Virus genome (UHGV): UHGV-1351066
Source of the DNA: a virus
DNA: 40,965 bases
Reading direction: 5' to 3' (one strand)
Shown: piece after piece, positions 9,124 to 17,046 of the stretch
Layout of the letters: each line of letters starts with the position of its first letter
How positions within the stretch are numbered: position 1 is the first letter of the stretch
Program-made: the position numbers and the translations under genes
Notes under the pieces: model-generated
Told to the model about the DNA's origin: nothing
The model's database searches: none
What the model saw: only the letters and a program-made list of their open reading frames with translations

Positions 9124-9468
9124 ATGTCAGATTTGGCTATGAAGATTTTGAAATGGCAATCGACTGGCGATGTCGGCATCAGTAGCGCAACTCTTGCCTC
9201 AATCGCATGTGGACTGAAAAAGAATATCTATGGTCATCACTTCGGCGCTCCACATGACGCAGCCGATTTCCGACGATGCGTTGCACTTGTTGAGCAGATT
9301 CCAGAAATCAGAGATTCATTCAACAAGGTTGCAAAGCGCGTTCCGGCATTCAAAGGAATCCTCAACGAATGGGATTCACTCGTTGCTCTGTTGAAGTCTG
9401 AAATGAAGATACACGGAAACAAAGCACCAGAGACTTACAGAAGAATTAGCGAGTTACGCAAGGACTAA
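9124..9468 (+). CDS. hypothetical protein (114 aa) bracketed by terminators
   Basis: GGAGACAAG RBS; terminators on both sides. Confidence 0.45.
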   Translation: MSDLAMKILKWQSTGDVGISSATLASIACGLKKNIYGHHFGAPHDAADFRRCVALVEQIPEIRDSFNKVAKRVPAFKGILNEWDSLVALLKSEMKIHGNKAPETYRRISELRKD

Positions 9469-9473
9469 CCACA

Positions 9474-9503
9474 GCCTCACATTCGATGAGGCATTTTCAT
9501 TTA
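9474..9503 (+). terminator. rho-independent terminator
   Basis: GCCTCA-cattcga-TGAGGC followed by a T-rich run. Confidence 0.5.
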
Positions 9504-9527
9504 TCAAGATATCCAGACCTACCATCG

Positions 9528-9550
9528 CCGCATCAATGCGGTTTTTTATT
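9528..9550 (+). terminator. rho-independent terminator
   Basis: CCGCA-tcaa-TGCGG followed by TTTTTTATT. Confidence 0.6.
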
Positions 9551-9592
9551 ACCTGATTTGCAGGTTCGATTCCCTATTCGGAGATAGCACTC

Positions 9593-9793
9593 ATGCAACA
9601 CGAACTACAGCCTGATTCCCTGGTTGATTTGAAATTCATCATGGCTGATACTGGCTTTGGTAAAACCTTCATCTACGACCGGATTAAGTCCGGCGACCTG
9701 CCAAAAGCCAAAGTTATCCACGGACGAGCAAGATGGTTATATCGTGACCATTGTGAATTCAAAAATAAGCTCTTAAGCCGCGCCAATGGGTAA
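9593..9793 (+). CDS. xis: excisionase / AlpA-family HTH regulator
   Basis: 66 aa; AlpA-like small HTH protein directly upstream of int on the same strand. Confidence 0.6.
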   Translation: MQHELQPDSLVDLKFIMADTGFGKTFIYDRIKSGDLPKAKVIHGRARWLYRDHCEFKNKLLSRANG

Positions 9794-10042
9794 AATAGCG
9801 GGTAAAATATTTCTCACATCTAAAAAACACCATTCCAATCAATCCCCTGCTGCTTCAAGTAGATGTCTGCAGGGGACACCATTTATCAGTTCGCTCCCAT
9901 CCGTACCAGTCCGCAAAATCCCCTGAATATCAAGCCTTCCGTAGATTAACAGTTCGTAATGGTTCGCGTCAGATCGTTGACAGCCGCACTCCATGACGGG
10001 TAAAAAGTGGATAAAATAATTTTACCCACCGGATTTTTACCC
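9788..10042. repeat. GGGTAAAA / TTTTACCC motif cluster flanking the int start
   Basis: Direct copies at 9788-9796, 9800-9808 and 9998-10006; inverted copies at 10020-10027 and 10035-10042. Confidence 0.5.
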
Positions 10043-11200
10043 ATGCTCACCGTTAAGCAGATTGAAGCAGCAAAGCCGAAAGAAAAACCATACCGCCTTC
10101 TCGATGGTAATGGCCTGTACCTTTATATCCCTGTATCCGGGAAAAAGGTATGGCAGCTTCGCTACAAGATTGACGGTAAGGAGAAAATCCTGACCGTCGG
10201 AAAATATCCGCTTATGACTTTGCAAGAGGCAAGGGATAAAGCATGGACTGCGAGGAAAGACATCTCGGTTGGCATCGATCCGGTAAAGGCGAAAAAGGCT
10301 TCGTCTAACAACAATTCCTTTAGTGCGATTTACAAGGAATGGTACGAGCACAAGAAGCAAGTCTGGTCAGTAGGCTATGCAACTGAACTTGCCAAAATGT
10401 TTGATAACGACATTTTACCCATCATCGGCGGTCTTGAGATTCAGGATATTGAGCCGATGCAACTGTTGGAAGTAATCCGCAGATTTGAAGATCGCGGTGC
10501 AATGGAGCGAGCCAACAAAGCCCGCAGAAGATGCGGCGAGGTTTTCCGTTACGCTATTGTCACCGGAAGGGCTAAATATAACCCGGCACCTGACCTTGCA
10601 GACGCCATGAAAGGATACCGCAAGAAGAACTTCCCGTTTCTTCCTGCAGACCAGATCCCGGCATTTAACAAAGCACTGGCAACATTTTCAGGAAGTATCG
10701 TATCGCTCATTGCGACCAAAGTTTTACGCTACACAGCCCTCAGAACAAAAGAGCTTCGTTCCATGCTATGGAAGAACGTCGATTTTGAAAACAGGATTAT
10801 CACCATCGACGCCAATGTGATGAAGGGACGCAAGATTCATGTTGTTCCTATGTCAGACCAGGTGGTTGAACTTCTCACTACGCTAAGCTCCATCACTAAA
10901 CCAGTATCAGAGTTTGTTTTTGCCGGGCGCAACGATAAGAAGAAGCCAATCTGCGAGAACGCGGTATTGCTTGTGATTAAACAAATCGGCTATGAGGGTC
11001 TGGAAAGCGGTCACGGATTCAGGCATGAATTCAGCACGATTATGAACGAGCACGAATGGCCTGCTGACGCCATTGAAGTGCAACTTGCACATGCCAACGG
11101 CGGATCTGTGCGCGGAATTTACAACCATGCTCAGTATCTCGATAAACGCAGAGAAATGATGCAGTGGTGGGCGGACTGGCTTGATGAAAAGGTGGAGTGA
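10007..11200 (+). CDS. int: tyrosine integrase, P4-type
   Basis: N-terminal 'KPKEKPYRLLDGNGLYLYI' arm-binding domain and C-terminal 'HGFRHEF…' catalytic region; start may be ATG at 10043. Confidence 0.85.
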   Translation: MDKIILPTGFLPMLTVKQIEAAKPKEKPYRLLDGNGLYLYIPVSGKKVWQLRYKIDGKEKILTVGKYPLMTLQEARDKAWTARKDISVGIDPVKAKKASSNNNSFSAIYKEWYEHKKQVWSVGYATELAKMFDNDILPIIGGLEIQDIEPMQLLEVIRRFEDRGAMERANKARRRCGEVFRYAIVTGRAKYNPAPDLADAMKGYRKKNFPFLPADQIPAFNKALATFSGSIVSLIATKVLRYTALRTKELRSMLWKNVDFENRIITIDANVMKGRKIHVVPMSDQVVELLTTLSSITKPVSEFVFAGRNDKKKPICENAVLLVIKQIGYEGLESGHGFRHEFSTIMNEHEWPADAIEVQLAHANGGSVRGIYNHAQYLDKRREMMQWWADWLDEKVE

Positions 11201-11397
11201 TCCACCTTAACCACTATCGAAGAGCACAAAGCCTTGCAATCCAGTGCAAAGCTTTGTGTGTCTCAGTTTTGTTTCATAGGTAATCATGCGTTCACTACGA
11301 TGCAAGAATCCATACCAAATTTTATTTAAAACTCACAAATACACTAGATAAAAACAATCCCGCAGTTTTCATGCGGGATATACTGCATTTATTGCAA
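11201..11397. other. probable attP-containing region (between int and tailspike)
   Basis: No host genes separate int from the tailspike, so the window appears to be the phage form; inverted repeats at ~11226-11262; core not identified. Confidence 0.35.
11349..11379 (-). terminator. rho-independent terminator downstream of tailspike
   Basis: ATCCCGCA…TGCGGGAT 8-bp stem; T-run on minus strand. Confidence 0.65.
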
Positions 11398-13872
11398 CTA
11401 CATTGCCATTAATATAAACATAGCCAATTCGTCATAACGAATTCCGTAGCGTCCACCTGCTTTTTTTACAAGAATCATATTTCCTGTTTTATATTGAGAA
11501 TAAATTTTCTCACCTGTATCAGGATCTGTGCTCTCTTCAGTTATCACCTCTTCATCCCATACGTCTGGCCATTCATCGTAACACCAAAAAGCATATTGCT
11601 CAGGATTTAAACCATGTTTTCTAAGAATATCTCCTACGGTTTGAGCGCCAACTCCAAAATGATACCTTGATAACTCCAATCCTTTAAAATTAATCGACTC
11701 ATTAAACCTGAACTTGCATATAATTCCCTTTATTTCCAGCGCAGCATCACGCTCTGCCTGAGTAATGTCATATATTGTTTTAAGTGTTTCATCTGATGTG
11801 CTTATAGTCCCGGATGCAGAATAAATCTGAGCCCATCTAAATGATGGTGCACCAAGAGATTTGCTGTTATCAATAATTGGTGAAAAATTACCTTTAATGG
11901 CAATATTTCCAGAGTCGCCGAATATATTAATAACTGCAGAGTCATCACCATGGTTTTTTACGCTTAAGTTTCTTGATGAAATATTTATATCTTTGTTATA
12001 TCCACTAATATTAATCCATCTTTTACCATCAATGTGATACCCGTAAATATTTCCGTTTGATTGTTCGTTAGATGACTCTCTAAGAACAATAGCATCTACT
12101 CCAGACGACCATTGTATTTTTGTATCTGTAGGCCTCCAGTTCTTTATAATGAACGAACCATCAGTAAACTCCGTTTTTATTTGTCTATTGTCTACAAATG
12201 CGTCTCTTGGTTTAAACTCACTTGTGTTAACGCTGCTCTGAAGATCAGAAGCAAAAAATCTAAGATTTCCTGTATAACCCTGAGTCTCGGTCAGGTTATA
12301 CGCAATCATAATTCCATTTTCAAACTCAGATGATGTTATTTTAACATCACGGCAATCACCAAAAATGCAATTTCCTTTATCAAATGTTGTTTGAGCTTTG
12401 AATTTATCAAACCTTAAATTACGAACAGGGAAACCATCAACCTCTAATGCAAAGGATGCAGGAAGGCCAAAGTATTCTGATGGCTTACCTGATGTATGAT
12501 CAAGAGTAGTGGCTACTGTATTCTCAAAAACAGTCCCGCTAAAATTATTACCAATTGACGGAAACCTGATTACACTTATTGTACCTTGTATTTCAGGAGA
12601 AATACCAGATAGTGTGATGTTAGTTCCATCAAATGATGCATCTGAATACGTATATACTGATTCACTGCCAGCAATTTTAAACTGTTTAACTGAAGTTATT
12701 CTCATCGACTTTTTATGTTTAAATGTCACTGAGCTTTCAGTATTACTTACAAGATCAATCTGAGGGCTATTCCTTATCGCGATTCCTGACTGGACATAAA
12801 CGTTATTAAAGTGCGTTTTTTCAGGATTTCCCTTCATTGAAAGGCTCCCGTCATTTTCTGTCAGTAGTAGTCCTTTTACCCTCCAATAGCCGACAATCTG
12901 TACGTTATCAATAACTGAATCACAGCTATCGTATACATGCAACCCTATATCCCAGTTATCACCCAATGAATAAGAATCAGGGTTATTGTATCCTTCAATA
13001 CCATTTTTACTTACCATTATTCTCAGATTGCGTAACTGTGATGCCCTGTTGATACTAACAGCTACGCTCATGGCTTTTGGTGTAGCAGGAGTAACACCTA
13101 CAGAATCTTCATTCGTAAACTCAGTGAACTTACAAGATATCCCTTCAACAATTTTAACTGGTCTTTCATTAGAGATGTTAAAAAAATATTTGTTTTTTTC
13201 TCCATCACCAGTAAATACAAGATGGGTTCCTTTACTCCAACTTTTTAATAATCTTTCAGGCGCTGGTCTATATGTGTCCCAATAATCAATGCCAGATCCA
13301 ACCAGTGAACACCCCTCAGGAATGTTAATATTCTTCTTGATGATGCATATTCCTTCAGGAATTGTTATAACCGACCTTCCAGAGTTTAAAGCTTTAATAA
13401 AAGCATCTGAATCATCTGTTACCCCATCTATTTTTGCTCCCCACCCTCTAACATCTCCACAATCTCTCCATCGTGCCATCTGCAACTCAGGATATTTTTT
13501 AGCGCCATCTGGATCTTCTAATTGCGGCCGTAGCTGATCGGGGTCATACTTCAGCACATTAGGAAAATAGAACTGCTGCGCACCATACGCATCGTATACA
13601 GCCATAGAATGGCCTTGCACAGTTACGAACTTGGCAATCTGTCCGTTATATACCGGATATCCAGCAGCGTTAATGATGATTGGCTGCGAAACAGGAACGT
13701 GAGAACCGTCTTCATTCTCCACATAAACCTGAATCTGGTTTTCAGGATTTACCGGATCCGTGTCAATTTTACCGATATAAATTTTTCCATTGGCTACGGC
13801 TTTAAAAGAACGAGCCATAGTGAAGAGTTGCGAAGGCATACTCACTACAACATTGGCTGTAATGTCTGTCAT
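11398..13872 (-). CDS. tailspike: P22 gp9-like head-binding N-terminus, divergent receptor domain, C-terminal intramolecular chaperone (peptidase S74-like)
   Basis: N-terminal ~110 aa nearly collinear with P22 tailspike ('[11 protein letters not shown]…[11 protein letters not shown]…VLKYDPDQ'); C-terminal 'TSDETLKT…' resembles self-cleaving chaperone domains. Confidence 0.8.
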   Translation of the reverse strand: MTDITANVVVSMPSQLFTMARSFKAVANGKIYIGKIDTDPVNPENQIQVYVENEDGSHVPVSQPIIINAAGYPVYNGQIAKFVTVQGHSMAVYDAYGAQQFYFPNVLKYDPDQLRPQLEDPDGAKKYPELQMARWRDCGDVRGWGAKIDGVTDDSDAFIKALNSGRSVITIPEGICIIKKNINIPEGCSLVGSGIDYWDTYRPAPERLLKSWSKGTHLVFTGDGEKNKYFFNISNERPVKIVEGISCKFTEFTNEDSVGVTPATPKAMSVAVSINRASQLRNLRIMVSKNGIEGYNNPDSYSLGDNWDIGLHVYDSCDSVIDNVQIVGYWRVKGLLLTENDGSLSMKGNPEKTHFNNVYVQSGIAIRNSPQIDLVSNTESSVTFKHKKSMRITSVKQFKIAGSESVYTYSDASFDGTNITLSGISPEIQGTISVIRFPSIGNNFSGTVFENTVATTLDHTSGKPSEYFGLPASFALEVDGFPVRNLRFDKFKAQTTFDKGNCIFGDCRDVKITSSEFENGIMIAYNLTETQGYTGNLRFFASDLQSSVNTSEFKPRDAFVDNRQIKTEFTDGSFIIKNWRPTDTKIQWSSGVDAIVLRESSNEQSNGNIYGYHIDGKRWINISGYNKDINISSRNLSVKNHGDDSAVINIFGDSGNIAIKGNFSPIIDNSKSLGAPSFRWAQIYSASGTISTSDETLKTIYDITQAERDAALEIKGIICKFRFNESINFKGLELSRYHFGVGAQTVGDILRKHGLNPEQYAFWCYDEWPDVWDEEVITEESTDPDTGEKIYSQYKTGNMILVKKAGGRYGIRYDELAMFILMAM

Positions 13873-13895
13873 TTAATTTGCTCCAGATACAAGGA

Positions 13896-13995
13896 ATCGC
13901 CGCAGCGTGGCTACGGTTGGTATTTGTTTGGTTTTTGAACTACGAAAATTTCGTAGTGCCATCCATCAAGGCCATCGCCGCAGCGTGGCTACGGT
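13896..13995. repeat. two perfect 22-bp direct repeats flanking a 19-bp palindrome
   Basis: ATCGCCGCAGCGTGGCTACGGT at 13896-13917 and 13974-13995; ACTACGAAAATTTCGTAGT at 13939-13957. Confidence 0.8.
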
Positions 13996-14008
13996 GAATT
14001 TTGGGCAT

Positions 14009-14031
14009 AAAAAAACCCAGCCGAAGCTGGG
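14009..14031 (-). terminator. rho-independent terminator downstream of ant
   Basis: CCCAGC-ttcg-GCTGGG then TTTTTTT on the minus strand. Confidence 0.7.
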
Positions 14032-14050
14032 TCGTTGCGTTGGTTATCTG

Positions 14051-14974
14051 TCAGTAGTTATGTACTGAAGGAGGTAATTCTTTATTCTTAAGTCTCATCC
14101 ATGCGGAAAGATTCGTTGGTCCGTCTGGCTCATTGATATCAACATCTCGTGTGTGGTTTATTAAAACGTCTCTCGCCATTCCGATAACATACGAGAATTC
14201 ATGACCGTAGTCGTAGCATCTGCCGGAATAGTTCGATTGAATTTGTTTTAATGCCGGATACAGTTCGCGGAATAATGCCTGTGAGCGGTTGGCATAATCC
14301 CATAGCCATACAAGGCTGTTTGCTTCTTTTGCAGAAAGCTCGTTGGTTTTCTTCTCTTGTTTGCCAATGAACTCACCTTCAAGCGGAACTCGAGCTGCAA
14401 GTGACAGTGCTTCGGTAAACTGCTCCTCACTGATTTCTTTGTATGAACATCCAAAATGGGATTTCAGTGACGACCACATGGTGATCATCGCCTTAGCCTG
14501 TTTTTCCTTTGGCAGAGACTGACCGCGACTCATGACGAGTTGTTTAATGGCTTCCTGCTGTTCAGTGGTGATTTTACCCGGCAACGCCTTTTTAGCTTTG
14601 CGTGGGTTAACTACATGGCCTTTAGTCCAGTACTCGTATAGCACATCGTCACACTCTTCTTGATACTGGATTACATTGTCGCGGATTTCAGGGCGGACTT
14701 TGTTAGGGCTGATGGTTTGCAACCAGCCATTCAGTTTACGTAAAGCAAGGCAAATCATGTTCTGCACACCGCCAACTGAAGGTATTGCGATTTCCACAAT
14801 ACCTTTAGCAAATCTTTGTTTTAACTTTGTAAACTGTGAAGCCCAATCCATACCCATTCCCTCAACGATAGGTTTCATTGGGGTGTACGGCTCACCGTTG
14901 TGATTGACAACATAAAGCTCTGCGCCGTGGAATGGTACATTGATAGTAGATACTGCTGTTGCTATACTTTTCAT
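14051..14974 (-). CDS. ant: antirepressor Ant
   Basis: 307 aa; N-terminus and position downstream of arc match P22 Ant. Confidence 0.75.
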   Translation of the reverse strand: MKSIATAVSTINVPFHGAELYVVNHNGEPYTPMKPIVEGMGMDWASQFTKLKQRFAKGIVEIAIPSVGGVQNMICLALRKLNGWLQTISPNKVRPEIRDNVIQYQEECDDVLYEYWTKGHVVNPRKAKKALPGKITTEQQEAIKQLVMSRGQSLPKEKQAKAMITMWSSLKSHFGCSYKEISEEQFTEALSLAARVPLEGEFIGKQEKKTNELSAKEANSLVWLWDYANRSQALFRELYPALKQIQSNYSGRCYDYGHEFSYVIGMARDVLINHTRDVDINEPDGPTNLSAWMRLKNKELPPSVHNY

Positions 14975-15037
14975 GTCGTTAATTCCTATGCGTGGTTTTA
15001 CGATACCGAAGCCCTGACTGTTACCGCAGTTGGGGCT

Positions 15038-15259
15038 TCACTGTTTTTGTAAGTCACTGTAGTTATAAAGCCACTGACCACTCATTCTTGCTTTGATTGA
15101 CTCTACTGAATCACGGCAAGGAATGATTCCACCTGACATCATTCTGATCTCCGTAAATTCACCGCTCCTTATCGACTCAATGCCATTAACGTTAACTAAA
15201 GATTTACCTCTACCAAGTGTATTCTCATAGCCAATCTCATCAACCTCAATAAACCTCAT
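15038..15259 (-). CDS. hypothetical protein inserted between arc and ant
   Basis: 73 aa; ATG overlaps the arc stop (ATGA); AGAGGGG RBS inside arc 3' end; no recognised family. Confidence 0.5.
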   Translation of the reverse strand: MRFIEVDEIGYENTLGRGKSLVNVNGIESIRSGEFTEIRMMSGGIIPCRDSVESIKARMSGQWLYNYSDLQKQ

Positions 15260-15414
15260 ACCGTTATCCCCTCTCTCTTCAGGCTGTCCAATACTCGCTT
15301 GTAAATCTCAGAGTTAACAGATCGCTCATTCTCTTTGGCTACCTTGCGCACCAAATCCAATACTTCTTTAGGCATCCGCAAATTAAACTGCGGCATTTTT
15401 CTTGCACCTTGCAT
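15256..15414 (-). CDS. arc: Arc repressor (ribbon-helix-helix)
   Basis: 52 aa 'MQGARKMPQFNLRMPKEVLDLVRKVAKENERSVNSEIYKRVLDSLKREG…' closely matches P22 Arc; not in ORF track (<60 aa). Confidence 0.8.
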   Translation of the reverse strand: MQGARKMPQFNLRMPKEVLDLVRKVAKENERSVNSEIYKRVLDSLKREGITV

Positions 15415-15501
15415 ACCCTCTCCCAATCAATGAACCACCGTGGTTCAATTGAGAATGTACTATCACCGTTATAGACTGTCAAGAAAAAACATGGTGATAA
15501 A
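15415..15501. promoter_or_regulatory. Pant/Pmnt divergent promoter region with operator-like palindromes
   Basis: GAACCAC-c-GTGGTTC (15432-15446) resembles the P22 mnt operator core; ATAGA-containing element nearby resembles the arc operator. Confidence 0.55.
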
Positions 15502-15750
15502 ATGTCCAGAGAAGACCCACAATTTAAGTTGCGCCTTCCAGCAGAGTTAAAAGCAAAGTTAGACCAAAGGGCAAAAATGAATGGTCGGTCTATCAATTCT
15601 GAACTAGTTCAGATCGTACAAAAGGCGTTATCTGAACCATCACCGATTGCAGGCTATCGAGACGAAGCTGAACGCTTGGCTGATCAGCAAGCAGAAATTG
15701 TTAAGAAGATGGTGTTTGAAACCCTGAAAAAAATGTACGAGACCAGATAG
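15502..15750 (+). CDS. mnt: Mnt repressor
   Basis: 82 aa, near-collinear with P22 Mnt ('…NGRSINSELVQIVQKALSEPSPIAGYRDEAERLADQQ…'). Confidence 0.85.
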   Translation: MSREDPQFKLRLPAELKAKLDQRAKMNGRSINSELVQIVQKALSEPSPIAGYRDEAERLADQQAEIVKKMVFETLKKMYETR

Positions 15751-15792
15751 GTCAATGTTTGTTCGTTGATATAAAATAACAAGGTATACATT

Positions 15793-16392
15793 GTGATTGA
15801 GATAGGCGTTATGGCCATCCTGAATCAAGAGCCAGGAAAAATTGAAAACGTTTTTTCTGACATATCAACATCTATCGAGCGTTCAATTTCAGACTTTGAT
15901 CGCAGTCATAGCGGCTCTTTGTCTAAAAAACAGGCTTCTGAAGCTCTTAGCAAGATCTACTGCGTTATGTCACCTGTAGAGGAAGTTTGCAAAAAGTACA
16001 TTACATTCATTGACATATTAAGTAATGGTACGGAAGAAGATATTTCCTCACTTGATATTCAACATGACGATGTAGATATGTTGAACGATCAAATATCTAA
16101 GCTTGATTATGGTATCGCGAAACTGTTGTATACCTTCTTCATCGCTGAGAACAGCGATGCGTGGAAGCCCCATATGTCAACTCTTACAACAATGAAAAAC
16201 CACTCAATAAATACTTTTATAGAATACAAAAGGCTAACTATGGGGCTTGTGACGCTAGCAATGCAGCACATACCACTATCATATGCTGAACCTGAAGAGT
16301 TCACTGAAGAAGAGTTGGCTTCATTCAAGAAATCAGTTGAAGATTCACATAAAAGATTTGGCATGGAAGCACCAAAATGGAAAACCGCATAA
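15793..16392 (+). CDS. hypothetical protein (199 aa), first gene of accessory cassette at the sieA position
   Basis: GTG start after AAGG (or ATG at 15811); no recognised domain; 3' end overlaps the next gene by 16 nt. Confidence 0.55.
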   Translation: MIEIGVMAILNQEPGKIENVFSDISTSIERSISDFDRSHSGSLSKKQASEALSKIYCVMSPVEEVCKKYITFIDILSNGTEEDISSLDIQHDDVDMLNDQISKLDYGIAKLLYTFFIAENSDAWKPHMSTLTTMKNHSINTFIEYKRLTMGLVTLAMQHIPLSYAEPEEFTEEELASFKKSVEDSHKRFGMEAPKWKTA

Positions 16393-16796
16393 GCATTGTT
16401 GTAGATGCAGCGGCTGGACCATTAGAACAATACTTTGCGAAGGCTCTTGCAAACTACAAAAACAGAGGCACCGTTTCAGCTTATCTTGGTAAGATTGGTG
16501 GGTTTGAGAGAAACCATCACGCCGTCTTATCGGGAATTTACAAGTCGCACATCAGGATCCCTGGAGTAGATGATCCTTGGTTAAAAACAACGCCAATACA
16601 TCGTAGAGTTAGCGATAACTTTTTGATATTTGCGGTACACAACACATATCCAATTCATATCCAGATCATTGCTATCATTAAACCTGATGGTCATGAGAAG
16701 GTAAAAAAACTATTGCCAGCCATCATTGATATAACTGAAAAAAGATTCCAATCTCTAAATGAGAGGGAGCTTAACTCGTTGATTTCATACAAATAA
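16377..16796 (+). CDS. YafO-like toxin homologue (putative ribosome-dependent mRNA interferase)
   Basis: C-terminal core 'HIRIPGVDDPW…FLIFAVHNTYPIHIQIIAIIKPDGHEK' resembles E. coli YafO as recalled from memory. Confidence 0.5.
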   Translation: MENRISIVVDAAAGPLEQYFAKALANYKNRGTVSAYLGKIGGFERNHHAVLSGIYKSHIRIPGVDDPWLKTTPIHRRVSDNFLIFAVHNTYPIHIQIIAIIKPDGHEKVKKLLPAIIDITEKRFQSLNERELNSLISYK

Positions 16797-16818
16797 AATA
16801 TCAACTAAGGAGGTTGGT

Positions 16819-17046
16819 GTGAAGCGATGGTTCCTCATAATTACTGTTTTCGCGATCATTTACACTATTTTCCCTGCATTAAAAGCACCAATGCAAATAA
16901 TTTCGCTAGCAATAATTGCAATTGGTGCTTTCATTGCAGTAGCCGTACTTGTGTTTAAGGTTTTAAAGTTTTTAGTTTGGCTATCAAAAGATGATGGATG
17001 CAAAGTTCATCAAGAAAAAGAAGGCAAAATAACCAAAGTTGACTAA
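16819..17046 (+). CDS. small membrane protein with two predicted TM helices
   Basis: 75 aa; strong AAGGAGG RBS before GTG; two hydrophobic stretches; stop overlaps the convergent gp16-like stop. Confidence 0.55.
   Translation: MKRWFLIITVFAIIYTIFPALKAPMQIISLAIIAIGAFIAVAVLVFKVLKFLVWLSKDDGCKVHQEKEGKITKVD

Noticed and set aside
12112-13537. Several plus-strand ORFs (73-99 aa) inside the tailspike gene
   Set aside because: Entirely antisense to a long, well-supported CDS; no RBS and no recognisable motifs; typical shadow ORFs.
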